Shown here in pieces: positions 1 to 14,800 of a stretch of DNA of 64,000 bases (the first letter of the stretch is position 1; every line of letters begins with the position of its first letter). The stretch spans positions 104,904,001 through 104,968,000 of the forward strand of contig NC_043006.1 of the NCBI RefSeq assembly GCF_006345805.1. Reading direction: 5' to 3'. A program made the translations under genes and the position numbers. The notes under the pieces are model-generated. The model worked only from the letters and a program-made list of their open reading frames with translations, did no database searches and had not been told where the DNA came from. Source of the stretch: Octopus sinensis. Its lineage: Eukaryota.

Positions 1-290
1 TCGCATACAACAACGAAGATTCCAGTTGATCCGATCAACGGAACAACTTGCTCTTCAAATTAACGTGCAAGTGGCTGAGCACCCCACAGACCTTAACTTA
101 ATTTTCAATGAGATTCAGCATGACACAGAGTGTGACAAGGCTGGCCCTTTGCAATACAGACATTATTCATTTTTGCCAGCTGAGTGAACAAGGCAACGTG
201 AAATAAAGTGTCTTGCTCAAGAGCACAACGCGCCAGCAATCGAACTCGCGACCTTACGGTTGTTAGCCGAATACCCTAAGCACAAGCACA
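1..290 (-). mobile_element. tRNA-derived SINE, family C (CORE-like body)
   Basis: Minus strand has an A/B-box-like head (..ttagggtattcggc..gagttcgatt) followed by ttgagcaagacactttatttcacgttgc. A second copy lies at ~46790-47070. Confidence 0.75.
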
Positions 291-324
291 TGTACAGATG
301 CGATGGGCATTTTCAGTTTCTTAT

Positions 325-620
325 ATCTATATTGCCCACAAGGGGCTAAACATAGAGGGGACAAACAAGGACGGAGGGATTAAGTCGATTACATCGACCC
401 CAGTGCGTAACTGGTACTTAATTTATCGACCCTGAAAGGATGAAAGGCAAAGTCGACCTCGACAGAATTTGAACTCAGAACGTAACGGCAGACGAAATAC
501 CTATTTCTTTACTACCCACAAAGAGCTAAACACAGAGAGGACAAACAGAACGTAACGGCAGACGAAATGCCGCTAAGAATTTCGCTCGGCATGGTAACGT
601 TTCTGCCAGCTCGCCGCCTT
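325..620 (-). mobile_element. tRNA-derived SINE, family B (Meta-domain-like), internally duplicated
   Basis: Matches the recurrent consensus ggcgagctggcaga..gagttcaaattcc..gactttgcctttcatcctttcggggtcgataaattaagtaccag, seen more than 15 times in the window. Confidence 0.85.
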
Positions 621-859
621 TGGGCTTTTTCGGTTTCTGTTTACCAAATTCACTTATAAACATTTGGGTTGCTCAGGGTTACGTTAGGAGGCCCCCTCAC
701 AATTTACTGCGAAATAGGATTAAACCAAAATCTACAGGATTGGGAAGCAAGCTTACCACGCTGGATATTTTATTGCTGGATCTGTTAATATCAGTAGGTA
801 CACTAGTTATTGTTATTGGTAGTTTCGTTATCCCACTCCCAAGAGCCACTTTTAGACGC

Positions 860-1275
860 AAGCGTAACTATGGGGTTAATATGCTTATTTTCCAACCATA
901 AGGTCTCAGGTTCAGTCCTACTGCGCGACAAGTTGGATAAGGGTCTTTCTGGTTAATCTTGGGGTCGTCCATAACATTGTGAGTTGAAATGGATGGCAAC
1001 TAAAAGAAATTAGTCGTATATGTATGTATGTGTGTGTGTGTTATGCGTGCGTGTATGTGTGTATATAAACATATCTCTGTGATTGTTCTCCACCCATTGG
1101 CAACCGGTATTGGGTTGTTTATCTCTTAATAAACAAGTGGTTCAGCATAAAGAAATCGATAGTACCAGGCTTAAGAAGAAAAATATAGTCGGAACGATCA
1201 GTTCTGCTAAATCCTTCGAGTCGGTGCTCCAGTATGACCGTAGCCCCTCTAGGATTAGTAAAAGAAACAAATGAA
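860..1275 (+). mobile_element. tRNA-derived SINE, family A (diverged; internal TG/TA microsatellite)
   Basis: ggttcagtcc B-box head, internal microsatellite, and 3' part ..gatagtaccaggctta..ggtgctccagtatgaccg. Confidence 0.7.
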
Positions 1276-1674
1276 AGAAAAAAGATATCACTAGAACCTG
1301 TTGAACTCTTATATTACCTGGTCTGTGTAGGTTTGCAGACGTGTCAACATTTGTATCGTTAAATCTGTGAATGTTAACGGAAACCGCTTTTCAATATTAT
1401 TCTTAAATCTGAGAATGTTAGTAGAAGGTACTGAAAATTTCTATCGAATATGCGAAATGTCTTCTGACATATACCAATATATCTCAATGTATTGGTTTAA
1501 AATCAAACCAAGTAAAAATTTGCCTTTGACACTTCCATGCTAGATAAAATAAAGTTCAATGCATTTTTGATCTCGAATTAATCAATAATCCGCCACTGAA
1601 GTTTCTGGCCTTGTACCCGTTCTTGAAACATTTATGAATAATTTGATTTTGCTAATAGTATCTTAGTTGTTAGA

Positions 1675-2425
1675 GGAGCGACGAGCTGGCAGAATTGTTA
1701 CCGCTTTGGGTAAAATGCTTAGCGGCATTTCACCAGTTTTTACGTCCTGATTTCAAATACTGCCAAGGAAGACTTTGTCTTTCATCCTTTCATTTTCGAT
1801 AAAATAAGTACCAACTGAATACTGGGCGCCAATGTAACCGAATTACCCTGCTCCCCGTAAATGCTGGCCTTACGCCACAAATTTGAACTCAATATTTTAG
1901 TTGATAATAGGGCGTCGATCTGGCATTATTAGCACGTCGGGCAAACTTTAGCGGTTTTTCGCCCGTCTTTACGTTCTTAGTTCAAATTCCGCTGAAGCCT
2001 GCTCTGACTTTCATCCTTTCGGGGTCGGTAACATAAGGACCAACTGGATAGTAATCAGCTGATCCCCTCTCCCGAAATTGGTGGCCTTATGCTAAAGTTT
2101 AAAACCGATATTTTAGTTATTAATTGTGTTGTAATGGCCAATAATTCATGTTTACAACGTTATTTTTACTAATATTTCAATTGCAACGAAGGTTTTTGTT
2201 GATATTGTTGGTGATGCAAATACGTTTACTTTGGTAACGTTGCTGTTAGAGTTGATAATATTCTCCTTTTTTTTTTAAGCTTTGAGTCCAAATTCAGCCG
2301 AAGTCGACTTATGCCTTTCATCATTTCTTCATCGATAAAAGAAGTACCAGTTGAGAAATTAGCCAATGTAATCAACTTACATCCACCTCCTAAGTTGCTG
2401 GCCTTTTATCAAAATATGAAACCAG
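1675..2425 (+). mobile_element. Three diverged tandem SINE family B copies
   Basis: Head plus ctttcatcctttc motif repeated at ~1680, ~1915 and ~2280. Confidence 0.75.
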
Positions 2426-2511
2426 TATTGTGATTATATTTCAGAACTATTTCAGATTTTGTTACTCACTTTTCGCTCTCAGACGAAACCGTGGTAATGG
2501 TTGCTGTATAT

Positions 2512-2747
2512 ACCTATTTCTTTACTACCCACAAGCGGCTAAACACAGAGGAGACAAACAAGGACAGACAGACGGATTAAGTCGATTATATCGACCCCAG
2601 TGCGTAACTGGTACTTATTTAATCGACCCCGAAAGAATGAAAGGCCAAGTCGACCTCGGCGGAATTTTCACTCAGAACGTAACGGCAGACGAAACACGGC
2701 TACGCATTTCGCCCAGTGTGCTAACGTTTCTGACAGCTCGCTGCCTT
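2512..2747 (-). mobile_element. SINE family B, near full length
   Basis: Close match to the family B consensus on the minus strand. Confidence 0.85.
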
Positions 2748-2898
2748 GGTTGCAGTATATATATCGTTACCCTTGTCACTGTGGCTGTTATTATTGTTGG
2801 TATATTCCTATTGAGAATGTTGTTGTGATTAGATATTAATTACGTTCTCATTGTTTTTATATCGCTGCAGTAGTTACTGTTGTTTTATTTGGGGGATT

Positions 2899-3352
2899 GG
2901 ATCTTTTCGGTTTGAACGGCAGTTTTTTCTAGCGGTGTCATATGAAATTGTCACCCATAATTATGATCCTAGTATCGATCTATTGCATTTCAATCTGTTT
3001 TAGGGTTAGGGTTAGTTACGGTCAGTTAACGTTAGTTAGGGTTAGGGTTAGGGGTGGGGGAAGGATATTTTTTTTCTTCACAAATGTAAATAAACCCAAT
3101 CTGTTTCTTAAACTAGGGACATATTCATACTGCACAGAATGCTTTTTAACTCAATAGACGTCACTGATTGGTTGAAATTGCAGAAATTGAAGAAAAAAAA
3201 ACAACAAATATCTTACAAACTATAGAATTTTCTCAATAAAGCCAAGAGAAAAAAGATGTTTTATAAACACATTCTACCAGTATACAAGATTTAAAAGTGT
3301 TTAGTTACGTGGAAATTTTTTTTAAAAACTGCCGGTCAAACCGAAAAGATCC
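2899..3352. mobile_element. MITE with ~29-bp TIRs, 8-bp TSD and internal TTAGGG repeats
   Basis: ggatcttttcggtttgaacggcagttttt / aaaaactgccggtcaaaccgaaaagatcc (1 mismatch). TSD gggggatt at 2891-2898 and 3353-3360. TTAGGG units at ~3000-3055. Confidence 0.9.
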
Positions 3353-3924
3353 GGGGGATTATTAATAGAAACCATTGCAGCTTGTGTTCTTACAATACTT
3401 ATTGTGATTTTTCGTTATTATCATTGCTCTGTTACTATGTGTTATTACAAATGTTGCTAATGATGGTCGTATTCATATTGCGCGTTCACATGGCGTTCAT
3501 AATCATCTTATTGTTGATGATGATTTTGATAATGTTGTTGTTGTTATTTTAATAATATTTAACGACATTCGTTCTTATATGTGTTGTTCTAATTTAAATA
3601 TTTTTACTCTTCATGTTATTGTTCTTGTTTTGTTTCTGTTATTGTTGCATCGTACAGTTGTTATCAATTTTATAGCAACATCAAATATAAGGTCATTTAG
3701 TGTAGTCGCAGCTAATTTTAAAATAACATCACAGACAGTTTTATTTCACATTAATTCCGTTTTAACTTTTACATTATATTCTTTATACTTTCTCCATACT
3801 TCTTCAAACCATTCTCAATGAAGAATCTACAAAACTCAAAGAATCGTGAACATATGCAAATATAAATTTCTAAAGATTTCCATCCAACACACGATGTAAA
3901 AACACACAGCAAACACTCACAAGC

Positions 3925-3993
<69 letters not shown>

Positions 3994-3997
3994 GCAA

Positions 3998-4044
<47 letters not shown>

Positions 4045-4435
4045 TTCTCTCCTAACGCGTCTGTCTGCCATACACATCCACACAAAAAGAATCACATAAC
4101 AAATTATGAGAAAATCTATTCATACCATTTTATTTTTAATTGTGTTATAAGAAGAGAGTAGCAAACACGAGTATTTTATTGCGTATGTGATGTCGAGTGG
4201 GAGTTTTCATATCTGGAATTTGAAAACAAAATTTAATTATATTTTCTTACAAATTATTTTTATAACTTTGGTTTCGTTGCATCTGTTATGAATTTCAATT
4301 TTCGCAATACACGGATACATACACACTCCAGCCCCACCTACATGCTTACACACACACCACATACACACTCATATATATATATATATATACATAAAAACCT
4401 ACATACATATATACATACATATATATATATATCTA

Positions 4436-4502
<67 letters not shown>

Positions 4503-5524
4503 ATACAGACAGACATGCATACATTTATATATTGATATTAATATTGAATTTGCTGAAACTAAATGCAACACTGAATCACTCAAGAAAGAAAAATCATGAA
4601 TTCACACACAGGTATTCATATCCGCGTGAATGTAAACGATGTCGAAGAAAGCTGGTTCCGTCTTCTCTCATGGATAGTTTGCTAGGTGTGAAATATCCCG
4701 TCAGTAGAATAACAATCGTTATTTTCCTTCTGTTTATCAAAACCTGAAAAAATAAAACAAAAATATGTGTGCCTTTGCATTTCTCGTAGTTCAGGATTAT
4801 GACTTTCTTAAGTATATTTTCGTTAGGTTCTTCTGATTCATGGATTATTGGACATAAATATAATTGAATTGAAGAAAATTATGCAATATGGTTATCCACT
4901 AAGGCACAAGGCTAATACATGGTTGCGTTAAATAGTAAATGTATGTTGTCTGTTATTAGTTGTGGGAAAAGTTAGGTACCTATACTCTGATGAAGGACAT
5001 GGTCCCACTGTCTCACCACTCTATTTCCACACATGACAAACATAGAAAGAGCATTTATATTTTACATTTATATTTTACTCATAGCAAGTGTTTATTATAA
5101 CTATCTTTATGCATACACGTATATATCACGTATATTACATGAATAAATACAAACGCGCGAATACACGCACATATACACACACGTATTTATATAGATCTTA
5201 CTTATTATGCAATAATCAAGTTTATGAATGAAAACAATACAAGAAATAGTCACGCAAAACATCTGTTTCACAGAGGCACCGAATCCATATTATGTGTGAC
5301 ATCAAAAATGCTTCATATTTAACCGACATCATTCCTCCTCAGGTGCACACATGGGTAGATACATGCATACATATAAGTAAGTATGCATAGCATCAACATG
5401 GCCCCAGCTATCAGCTGAAACTACAGCAAAAAAAAAATATATATATATATATATATATTTCGTCACACACAACAAGGACTAAATTTCCTCTTAAGAAAAA
5501 ATATATTCAAATAAGTAAAACATA

Positions 5525-5559
5525 ATATCCTGAATAGCGATAGCGAAACCGGTCAATAT
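5525..5559 (+). ncRNA. Degenerate minimal type I hammerhead motif
   Basis: atatc-CTGAAtA-GC gata GC-GAA-ACCGGT-C-aatat. G8 is mutated, helix III is a palindrome, and helix I has one mismatch. Confidence 0.55.
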
Positions 5560-5595
5560 ATTAAAAATTATATTAAAACTATGTAAGTGTGCGTA

Positions 5596-5698
<103 letters not shown>

Positions 5699-6068
5699 TG
5701 TGTGTATACTATTAGGCATTTGTAGTATATATTGTATAAAGGATCGTGGTAAGGTCAAAACAATGCGAATTAAATGCAAGGTAAATCACAAGAAAACAAA
5801 TATGTGAATTAACGTAGACACCCTTCCGCGCATGTTGACTCCACACACACTCACACACGCAATTTCTTGAAAATGGAGTCATAACCCCGAAATATTGAAT
5901 ACAAAGTAAGTCTACATTAATTTACATATTTGCTTTCTTGTGATTTACCCTGCATTAATTTCGCATTGTTATATACATGTATATAGGTGTGTGCATTTGT
6001 GTGTATGTTTATGTATGTACGTGTATATGTGTGTATGTGTAGGTACATATAGGTATGCATATACATAT

Positions 6069-6113
<45 letters not shown>

Positions 6114-6289
6114 GTATATATATATATTATATATTATATATAATATATATATAATATGCATCTATATATATATGTGTGTGTGTGTAGTATATATATATGC
6201 ATGTATATATATATATATATACGTATGTATGTATATATGTATACATACATATAAATACATACATAGATGTATATATACGTGTATACACA

Positions 6290-6780
6290 GTCACTAAATG
6301 GTTTGAGTAACAGTATGGACACAGCTTCTCTCCACATGATTGTCAAATATAAAACCTACAAAATTGGAAAGTGTGAACGTACAGGAACAAATGTGTAACA
6401 TCTCTATCCACGCTGTTCAGTTTTCTTCATCAAGTCAGACCATTTAACAAGAGGACATGTCCAATAGTGTTATCACTAAAAACAGACCAATGTATCTCGA
6501 GAAATAATCGTACATTCGGTGACAGATTTTATAAGTTGTCCACTCGTTGTACCGACGAGATGTAAAAAAAGAAAAATTACACATTGCATATGTAAAAGAA
6601 GAAATATCTCTATAAATATGTGAGTCTGATCGGCTAATTTGGCGCTATTAAGAAGAGACGATAAAGAGATTGGTAAATGGGAAGAAACGTGTTGGCAACC
6701 TCTTGACAAGTATAGGAGTGTGGACTTCATACTTCCAAACAGAAATATGGAAAGGGAAACAAGAGGAAGAAGAGAAATAA
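6290..6780 (+). mobile_element. Probable highly decayed RTE-type LINE 3' remnant
   Basis: Fragmentary translations resemble the RTE ORF C-terminus (KKRKI..H.., G..KKRR..W). Many stops. Confidence 0.3.
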
Positions 6781-6988
6781 CGAAAAAAAAATTTAAATGA
6801 GATGAGACTTTTATTTCCATTGAAGCTGCGACGCTACTCATGATTACACACATACACACGCACACACAAACATACACACAACATATGTAATATATATCAA
6901 TATATACATGTATACATATAAGTATATAGACATGTATGTATGTATGTATGTTTGTATGTATGTATATGTCTGTCTGTCTATCTATCTA

Positions 6989-7049
<61 letters not shown>

Positions 7050-7135
7050 TGTATATAGATACATATAGAGAGATATACGATATGGCATAAATAATGGCCA
7101 TTACATTTAGACATATATATAAACATATATATGTG

Positions 7136-7170
<35 letters not shown>

Positions 7171-7181
7171 ATCTATATAAA

Positions 7182-7221
<40 letters not shown>

Positions 7222-8007
7222 TATATTATATACATATATAGACATATATATATATAAATATACATTGAAACATATATGCATATCCATACATATGTTTACA
7301 TAAACACACACACGCACACAGACGCATATGTAAAGATGTGTACTTCTGTGCAGATGCATGCATGAATAAGTATGTGTGCTCGAATGCGTGTGTATGTGTG
7401 TGTTAGTGTGTAGGTGTCATCGTGAATGGGATGTATGTGTGAGCGTGGTTGGAGAAAAATCATTGTCTTTAATGTTCCAGTCCTTCCACGAAAGTAGTTA
7501 TCCCGCAGAAATGTAGAAATGCTTTTATATTTTATTTATATTTCCTCACGTATGTTATTTATTTAATTTCTTTTTTTTTACTTGTCACTTAAAAATGGTA
7601 GATCATTATATGAGAGGAAGCAAAAGAAAAAAGATAAAGGACAGAACTACATAAAAAAATATATGTGTGTACAAGAATAAAACTAGAGATTCTTAGTTGA
7701 ATTAAAGTCAATCCCTATTTTGATGTAAACAGAGATTGCCATTAGCAGAAGCTACATTTAGTAACATTACATTTTATTAAAACGATCATCTCACCGCTGA
7801 TTTGATAGCCACATAAAAATACCAGTTACAGATATTTACTATTTCTTCCTTTTATTTTCCTTCTTCTATTCCCCGCTCCTCTATCTCTTCCTTCTTGTCA
7901 TCCTCCCCTACTGCTGCTGCTGATGCTGATGCTGCTACTACTACTACTACTACTACTACTACTGGTAATCCTTAACTATCCGAATATTTTGCTATTATTA
8001 TCAACAT

Positions 8008-8057
<50 letters not shown>

Positions 8058-8059
8058 TT

Positions 8060-8455
8060 GTGGTGAGTTGGCAGAATCGTTAGCACGCCGGGCGAAATGC
8101 GTAGCCGTATTTCGTCTGCCGTTACGTTCTGAGTTCAAATTCCGCCGAGATCGACTTTGTCTTTCATCCTTTCGGGGTCGATTAAATAAGTCACAGTTAC
8201 GCACTGGGGTCGATATAATCGACTTAATCCGTTTGCCTGTCCTTGTTTGTCCTCTCTGTGTTTAGCCCCTTGTGGGTAGTAAAGAAATAGATATTTCGTC
8301 TGTCATTACGTTCTGAATTCAAATTCTGCCGTGGTCGATTTTGCCTTTTATCCTTTCAGGGTCGATAAATTAAGTAATAGTTGTGTACTGGGGTCTGTGT
8401 GATCGAATTCCCGCTCCCCACACAATCCAGGCCTTGCGCCTATAGTAGAAAGGAT
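8060..8455 (+). mobile_element. SINE family B, tandem pair
   Basis: Full copy 8060-8290 followed by a 5'-truncated copy. Confidence 0.85.
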
Positions 8456-8574
8456 TATTGCTATTATTGTTGTTGTTGTTGTTGCTGTGGATGTTTTTGT
8501 TAATATTATTCATTATTAATAATACTGTTTTTGTTGTTGTTATTGCTATTATCCGTATTTTGTGGTCAATATAT

Positions 8575-8620
8575 AATACTATCATCATCACCAGCATTAC
8601 TACTACTACTACTACTACTA

Positions 8621-8701
<81 letters not shown>

Positions 8702-8765
8702 TAATAATAATTATAATAATGCAAAGATGAAGAAGAAGAAGAAGAAGAAGAAGAAAGAGAAGAAT
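8575..8765. repeat. Compound (CTA)n/(ATA)n/(GAA)n microsatellite
   Basis: Direct inspection. Confidence 0.95.
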
Positions 8766-9072
8766 TCCCGCATCCTTGCTTTCTTCCTTCTCCATGAATT
8801 TGAACTGGAAATAGCGTTACCTGTCTTTTTTAAGAGGATAATTTAATAACTAAGTTGGTATAAATATGAAAACTGAAAGTCGTTTCAACAATACCTATGA
8901 AAGATATATATATTTGTATGCGCGGCTTGCAAAAATAGCTTTATTTAAATTCAATTTGCTTTTAATGTAATCTGGCGTTGAAATTTTGGGTTCTTAAATC
9001 TTATAGTAGTTCAAAATTTAGCATTCATTAACACGGCGGAAGTAATTTTTTATTGTAATTCTAGATGTATGC

Positions 9073-9330
9073 TCAAATTAAAAAAGAAAAAGATTCTGTA
9101 GTATCCATAACCAAATGGATAATTGAATCCCAACTAAACTTTTTTTTTTTCAAGAAAATGTTATCCATAGAGAGTAGCGATAAAACTCTTATCCCCACCA
9201 GTCGTGTCCATTGAAAGGGATTGTTACTCAGCAAGGAATATTGAATGGTCCGATTTTTTGAAGATTCTATGATATATATCAGGTCATTAAGAATGAAATG
9301 TCCGATTTTCTTCTGCACCAAATTTGACGG
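9073..9330 (-). mobile_element. Possible decayed L1/Tx1-like RT fragment
   Basis: ILNDLIYIIESSKNRTIQYSLLS resembles the RT segment preceding the LSLDFEKAFD motif. Weak match. Confidence 0.3.
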
Positions 9331-9399
9331 TCTTTAACTCTAATGTTTTATCCTGACAATTCTTGACTTTACAACTGTGAAGAGTTGCACCATGCATTT

Positions 9400-10097
9400 T
9401 CGAAATGCAATTCAGTTTTCTCTTGTAAATGAATTTTTGTGAACCCATGAATAAATAAAAATTTCGTGCTGTTTATGAAGATAAGTCCCGTCGTGAAGCC
9501 AAGGCATCTCAGCTCGAAACATCGATGAGATGTTTGGCGAATGAGCGCACCGTATGTCGGTGGTCTGAGAAGTTCCGCTCTGGTGACTTTACTCTAGACA
9601 ATCAGCCTCGTGTTAGAGCTGAGACCAAGGTGGATAATGATGAGCTGGCAACTGCAAGTGGAAGCGGATACATCTCAAACTACGCGTGAGTTAGCAGCAA
9701 GTTTTGTTGTTTCGATTCCAACTGTATTGGACCATGTGAAACAAATCGGCATGGTAGAACAGCTAGACAAGTGGGTGCGACACGAACTGGGTGAGCATCG
9801 TCTTGGAATCTTGCTGTTCTTTCATGTCACGTCATAAAAGCAAAACACTTTTGCATTGTATTGTTATGTGTGATACAAATTTGATTCTTTTCAACAATGA
9901 CATGCGTTCTGGACGAGGGTTGGCAAGAGAGGAAGTGTCTAAACACAATCCAAACAGAAATATTCACTCAAAAATGCTAATGGTGCCTGTTCGGTGGCCC
10001 AGGGCTGGTATCATCCATTACAACTTGGTAAGTCAATTACAGCGGATGTATATACCAAACAATTCGATGAAGTGATGAGTGAACTTGCAATTAAACA

Positions 10098-10101
<4 letters not shown>
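9400..10101 (+). mobile_element. Mariner transposase relic (cecropia/Hsmar1-like), truncated and frameshifted
   Basis: NERTVCRWSEKFRSGDF; LDKWVRHEL (WVPHEL motif); IVMCDTNLILFNN..REEVSKH.P..IH.KMLMV.V.W..AGIIHY. Confidence 0.9.
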
Positions 10102-10135
<34 letters not shown>

Positions 10136-10265
10136 GTGTCTGTGTATTATATGAGAGAAGTTGGCTTCTTTGGTGATATAAAAAGACGAAATGAAGATAT
10201 AGGTAAACGGTAAAAATATCTATATACTTAGATTCAGATGAATATGGTACTTATGTTGAGGCACG

Positions 10266-10303
<38 letters not shown>

Positions 10304-10952
10304 ATTATATATGTTTATATGTGTGTGTGTCTGTGTATGTGTCTGTGTGTGCTAGTGGAATGTAAACAAATCACACACACACACACACACACACACACCA
10401 CACATGTAGATTCATACAGAGGCGTCAGCAATGGAAATTTTGTGGGTGAAATGTTGAAGGAAATTCTATGTTAGATTAGATTCGTTTTGTCCTTATGGTC
10501 CTGCTTCCAGATCTTGTCCGCTGGTTTGTTTTCCTGATATTACTTTATTTTGGTTTGCGTGAAACTTCACTGAACTTATGCAAGTTCTAGTTAGACTTGA
10601 TCTCGAGATTAGATACACTTATGATTTCTCCCCAAACATCTGTAAATAAGTATCAACATTGTCAGTCTGGCTTCAGAGACCGAATATTAAGCCTATATTA
10701 ATATATATATATATATTTGTATGTGTGTGTGTGTGTGTGTGCGTGTGTGTGTGTGTGTGTGCATTCTTTTACTTCTTTTGTAGGGTTTTAATCGGACCAA
10801 TTGACCCCAGGATTTATTTCTTAAACCTAATAATTATTCTGTCGGTCTTTAGACGAACCAGTAGGTTACGGGGACGTAAAGGCACCAACAGCGGTTGTCA
10901 AGCGGTGATGAGGGATAACACTGACACAAAGGCACACACAAATAGATATATA

Positions 10953-11057
<105 letters not shown>

Positions 11058-11110
11058 CTGTACAGCTGATAACTCGCCTACCACTTGCGATGGTGTTTTA
11101 ATAATACCAT

Positions 11111-11151
<41 letters not shown>

Positions 11152-11160
11152 TATATATAT

Positions 11161-11535
11161 AGGCGCAGGCGTGGCTGTGTAGTAAAAGGCTTGTTTCCCA
11201 ACCACATAGTTCTGGGTTAAGTCGTACTGCGTGGCGCCTTTGACAAGTGTCTTCTGCTATAGCCTCGGGCCGACCAAATCCTTGAGTATGGATTTGGTAG
11301 ACGGAAACTGAGAGGAGCCTGTCTTATATATATATATATGTTTGTGCATCTGTGTTAGTTCCCGCACCGTCGCTTACAACTGTTGTTGGTGTGTTTATGT
11401 CACCGTAACTTAGAAGTTCGGCAACAGGAACCGATAGAATAGGTAACAAGGTATACAAAGAATATGTCCTACGGTCGATTTGTTCGACTAAAGGTGGTGC
11501 TCCAGCATGATCGCAGTCAAATGACTGAAACAAGT
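11161..11535 (+). mobile_element. SINE family A (tRNA head, CORE-like segment, internal microsatellite)
   Basis: ggcgcaggcgtggctgtgtagtaa..gcctttgacaagtgtcttc..ggatttggtagacggaaactga..cagtcaaatgactgaaacaagtaa. Confidence 0.85.
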
Positions 11536-11615
11536 AATATATATATAAATACGTGTGTGTGTATGCATATATATACATAGACATTAATATATTATAATAT
11601 AATATAATATAATAT

Positions 11616-11806
11616 CACTTTGACTTTGTCACTTTGACCTACCAGTCCGCCAGGCGTCCATTTGACACCGCTGGTCACAGCACGCTGTCCACTCCTCTCT
11701 GGATCGCGCCTTTCTCATCCACTTGATCCCAATTGTCCTCTTGAAATCGTCACTCCACCCTCGTGGAGTTCTTCCGGGTGGTCTTTTCCGCTCACGAAGA
11801 ACGAAG
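11616..11806 (-). mobile_element. RTE LINE 3' end, 5'-truncated, with short tandem tail
   Basis: RERKRPPGRTPRGWSDDF..W...ARSREEW is an RTE C-terminal motif. Tail (caaagt)n; inserted in an aatat repeat. Confidence 0.8.
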
Positions 11807-14800
11807 AGTAATATAATATAACATAATATAATATATATATGGTCACACACAAACGCACAAATATGCACTTGCACGCGCATGAGTGTAGTTCGGCTCAGTA
11901 TACTGAACACCGAATCACTGAACAATCATGAAATCAAGGCCCAGTTGGTAATTGAACACGTGGTGTTCTTTCATTCGAAGCTTTGATTAACCCAGCTGCA
12001 AACGCGGCGTATATATTGATTTAGGTAGCATAGATTATCTAAAATCTAAGCAAGACTTATTTGCTGTAACATTCTTGATCCAGCTTAATATATCATTCAC
12101 CATATAGATATAAGTGAACTGTAGGATATTAATATGGACGTAATATACTTTCTATATCATAAAATCATACACAAAATTAGATTAGTTACAGAAAGTGTTG
12201 ACGAAATTAATGTGTATCAGATCTGTGATAGATTGGAATTATTATATGCATTACTGATTGCTCTTTGCTTATTATTACTAAAGTGATAAACGAGACTTAA
12301 GTATTAAAAATATAATTACTGAGATTAATGTTGGCAAATTTCTGAAATGTTGGATTTTGCATTTATAATATAATATAAAACATTACACGCTTATTATATT
12401 ATTAATGATGTGATCTGTAATGTTATCAGGTAATGAATATAATACGTCAAGAATTACAGCCAATTAATTCCACCGAAGTGTTGACAGCTAAAATTTCTCA
12501 TTCAGTAAATCTTGTGTATATGTATTGTTATTTTAATTAGTGTATTTTTGAGAACCATTAAACAAACATAGGAAATATTTTAATTACAATCTAATATTAG
12601 TAAATGATCTCCATTTAAACCAATTTCTCAGCTGTTTTCCGACCCTTAGAAAATGTGTGGTTTATTTTCTTACGGCCAACAAAATTAAAATCTAGTTTGA
12701 AACTAAAAAAGAGAAAGATAATAAGGAATTGTCCAAAGAAAATTTTCTGTTGCTTTTTATCTAAATTGAACCACATACATTGTTGTGGGTGAATAAATTA
12801 AACTAAATCAATTACATTTGAGCTTGGGCTTAAAATGAAAATGTTAGCCGAGCAAGTAGACAACAGAAAGCCTCTTAACAGTGAAATCATAATTGTGAAC
12901 ATAGAATTCAATGATGCCTATGTTCCTGTTCTTTTATCAAGATTTTATCATATCGTGAGACATTCTGACTGCCTGAATCTGCAGTTTTGCCAGTAGATTC
13001 AGGGTTTTCTTAGCGTTTGTCTTGATTAAAAAACAGAGAATTAGATTTACATTCACACAAGCAAGATGCTACAAACGATATCAGAACGTGTTTGTCACAA
13101 TGTCTTAATGGTAAAATCTGAATATGTAGAAAATTATGTTCTTAGTGTTTCTAATAAAGTTTATTTTAGCTTTTGCTCCATTTTATCCTGAAAATCGATT
13201 TTAATAAATTATGTACTTCTGCTTTTGTTGTACACGCTGCGATGCCATCTCGCACCTTCAATGGGAGTGGGAACTCCGAGCTGGGAACTTCTAGCATGTT
13301 GTTGGTGGGGTGGGGGGGGGGTAAGTCATCTAAATCGGCCTCAATGCTTCACTTATACTTATTTTATCAACCTCCGAAAGGAAGAAAGGCAAAGTCGACC
13401 TCGGCGGAATTTTCGACTCAGAACATAAAGACGAACGAAATACCGCTCAGCCTTTTGCACGGCGTGCTAACGACTCTGCCAGCTTCCCGCCTTAGCTATG
13501 TTATTAATAGCGTAACAATATCTCATGATCCAATAATTATATAGGTACCACGCGAAAATTTATCAGTAAATAAGGTGAGACGAAGATATACTGGAATGGT
13601 CCTCCTTTGCTGTCTATAGTAGCCCCATCTAGAGGTATTTTATTCATCATAAACGACACCGAAGCTGCATAGATGTGTAACAGCTTACTGATACAGGGTA
13701 AAGGTCATTGACATGTGATGGAATTTAATGTGCTTGCTGACATGTAGAACTGTTTAGTCTGGTCTGGTTAATTTTATTGAGATGTCATATGTTATACTCA
13801 CGTCTAGTGGAGCTTATTAGTATATGATATATCTAAGTTGCGCGCCAGATATCTAGCGATGTGATTTAATTTTGTATTATATATCCATCTTCATTTCACC
13901 ATCCAACAGCTCAACATTTGGAACAACGAGACAACCTGTGCATAATTACTGTATCAGTAAGAAATAGTAGCAAATCTTCCTCAATTTATTCTCTACCGTT
14001 TTAAATTAGAAGACTTGATAGTTACGGTTGGAATAACTCTGTTCAGTTAGAGTTCACCTGGGGCATTGAAACAAAAAAGTATCATCACCATCATCGTCCT
14101 CGTCATCGCCATCATCATCATCATCAACAACAACAACAACAACAACAACGACGACAACGACAACAGTCAATGCATAAATTGACATGTCAGAAAGAATAAC
14201 TTCATCTCGCTCAAACCAGTTTGAAAGAATACATAATGAATTAATGAATAAAGTTATGGATTGACGAGAGACTAATAAATTTACTGAAACTGGTGACTAA
14301 TTAATTATAAGCGTTTTCTTTGCAAGACGCTTAAATTTATTGCATTCTTTCAATCTGAGTGAGACCCTGGCCAACTTGTTTTTGCCATCTATATGTATAA
14401 TAACCGTTTAAACGAACTGAATTCACTATTTTATTGAGTCGTAATACGAAAAATTTTCAAAGAATACCTTTGCTATTATTATTGTAATCCATAAATCCCT
14501 TCGTAATCTTAAGCAATTTGCTGTAGCCAATCAGCGCGTCGCTTGCGTTATGACATCATACATTTCTTCAGTCAATCCTGACACCTTAATTCACTTCAAC
14601 TCATTTATCATTTACAGTTAACACAATAGGTGACACCAAGATAATATGTCCGATTTTCAATTTCTTTTTTTTTAATGATGAAAGCAATGAAGAATAAATT
14701 GCTTCCTGACAAACGAAAATCGATACATCAGCACAGTATTATTCTGAATATTTCGCAACATATATTTATTAATTACGGTAACATGTGCTGTTCAACAAGT

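Noticed and set aside
4985-5008. CTGATGAA-GGAC atg GTCC half hammerhead
   Set aside because: GAAA core and cleavage site are absent; counted only as a fragment.
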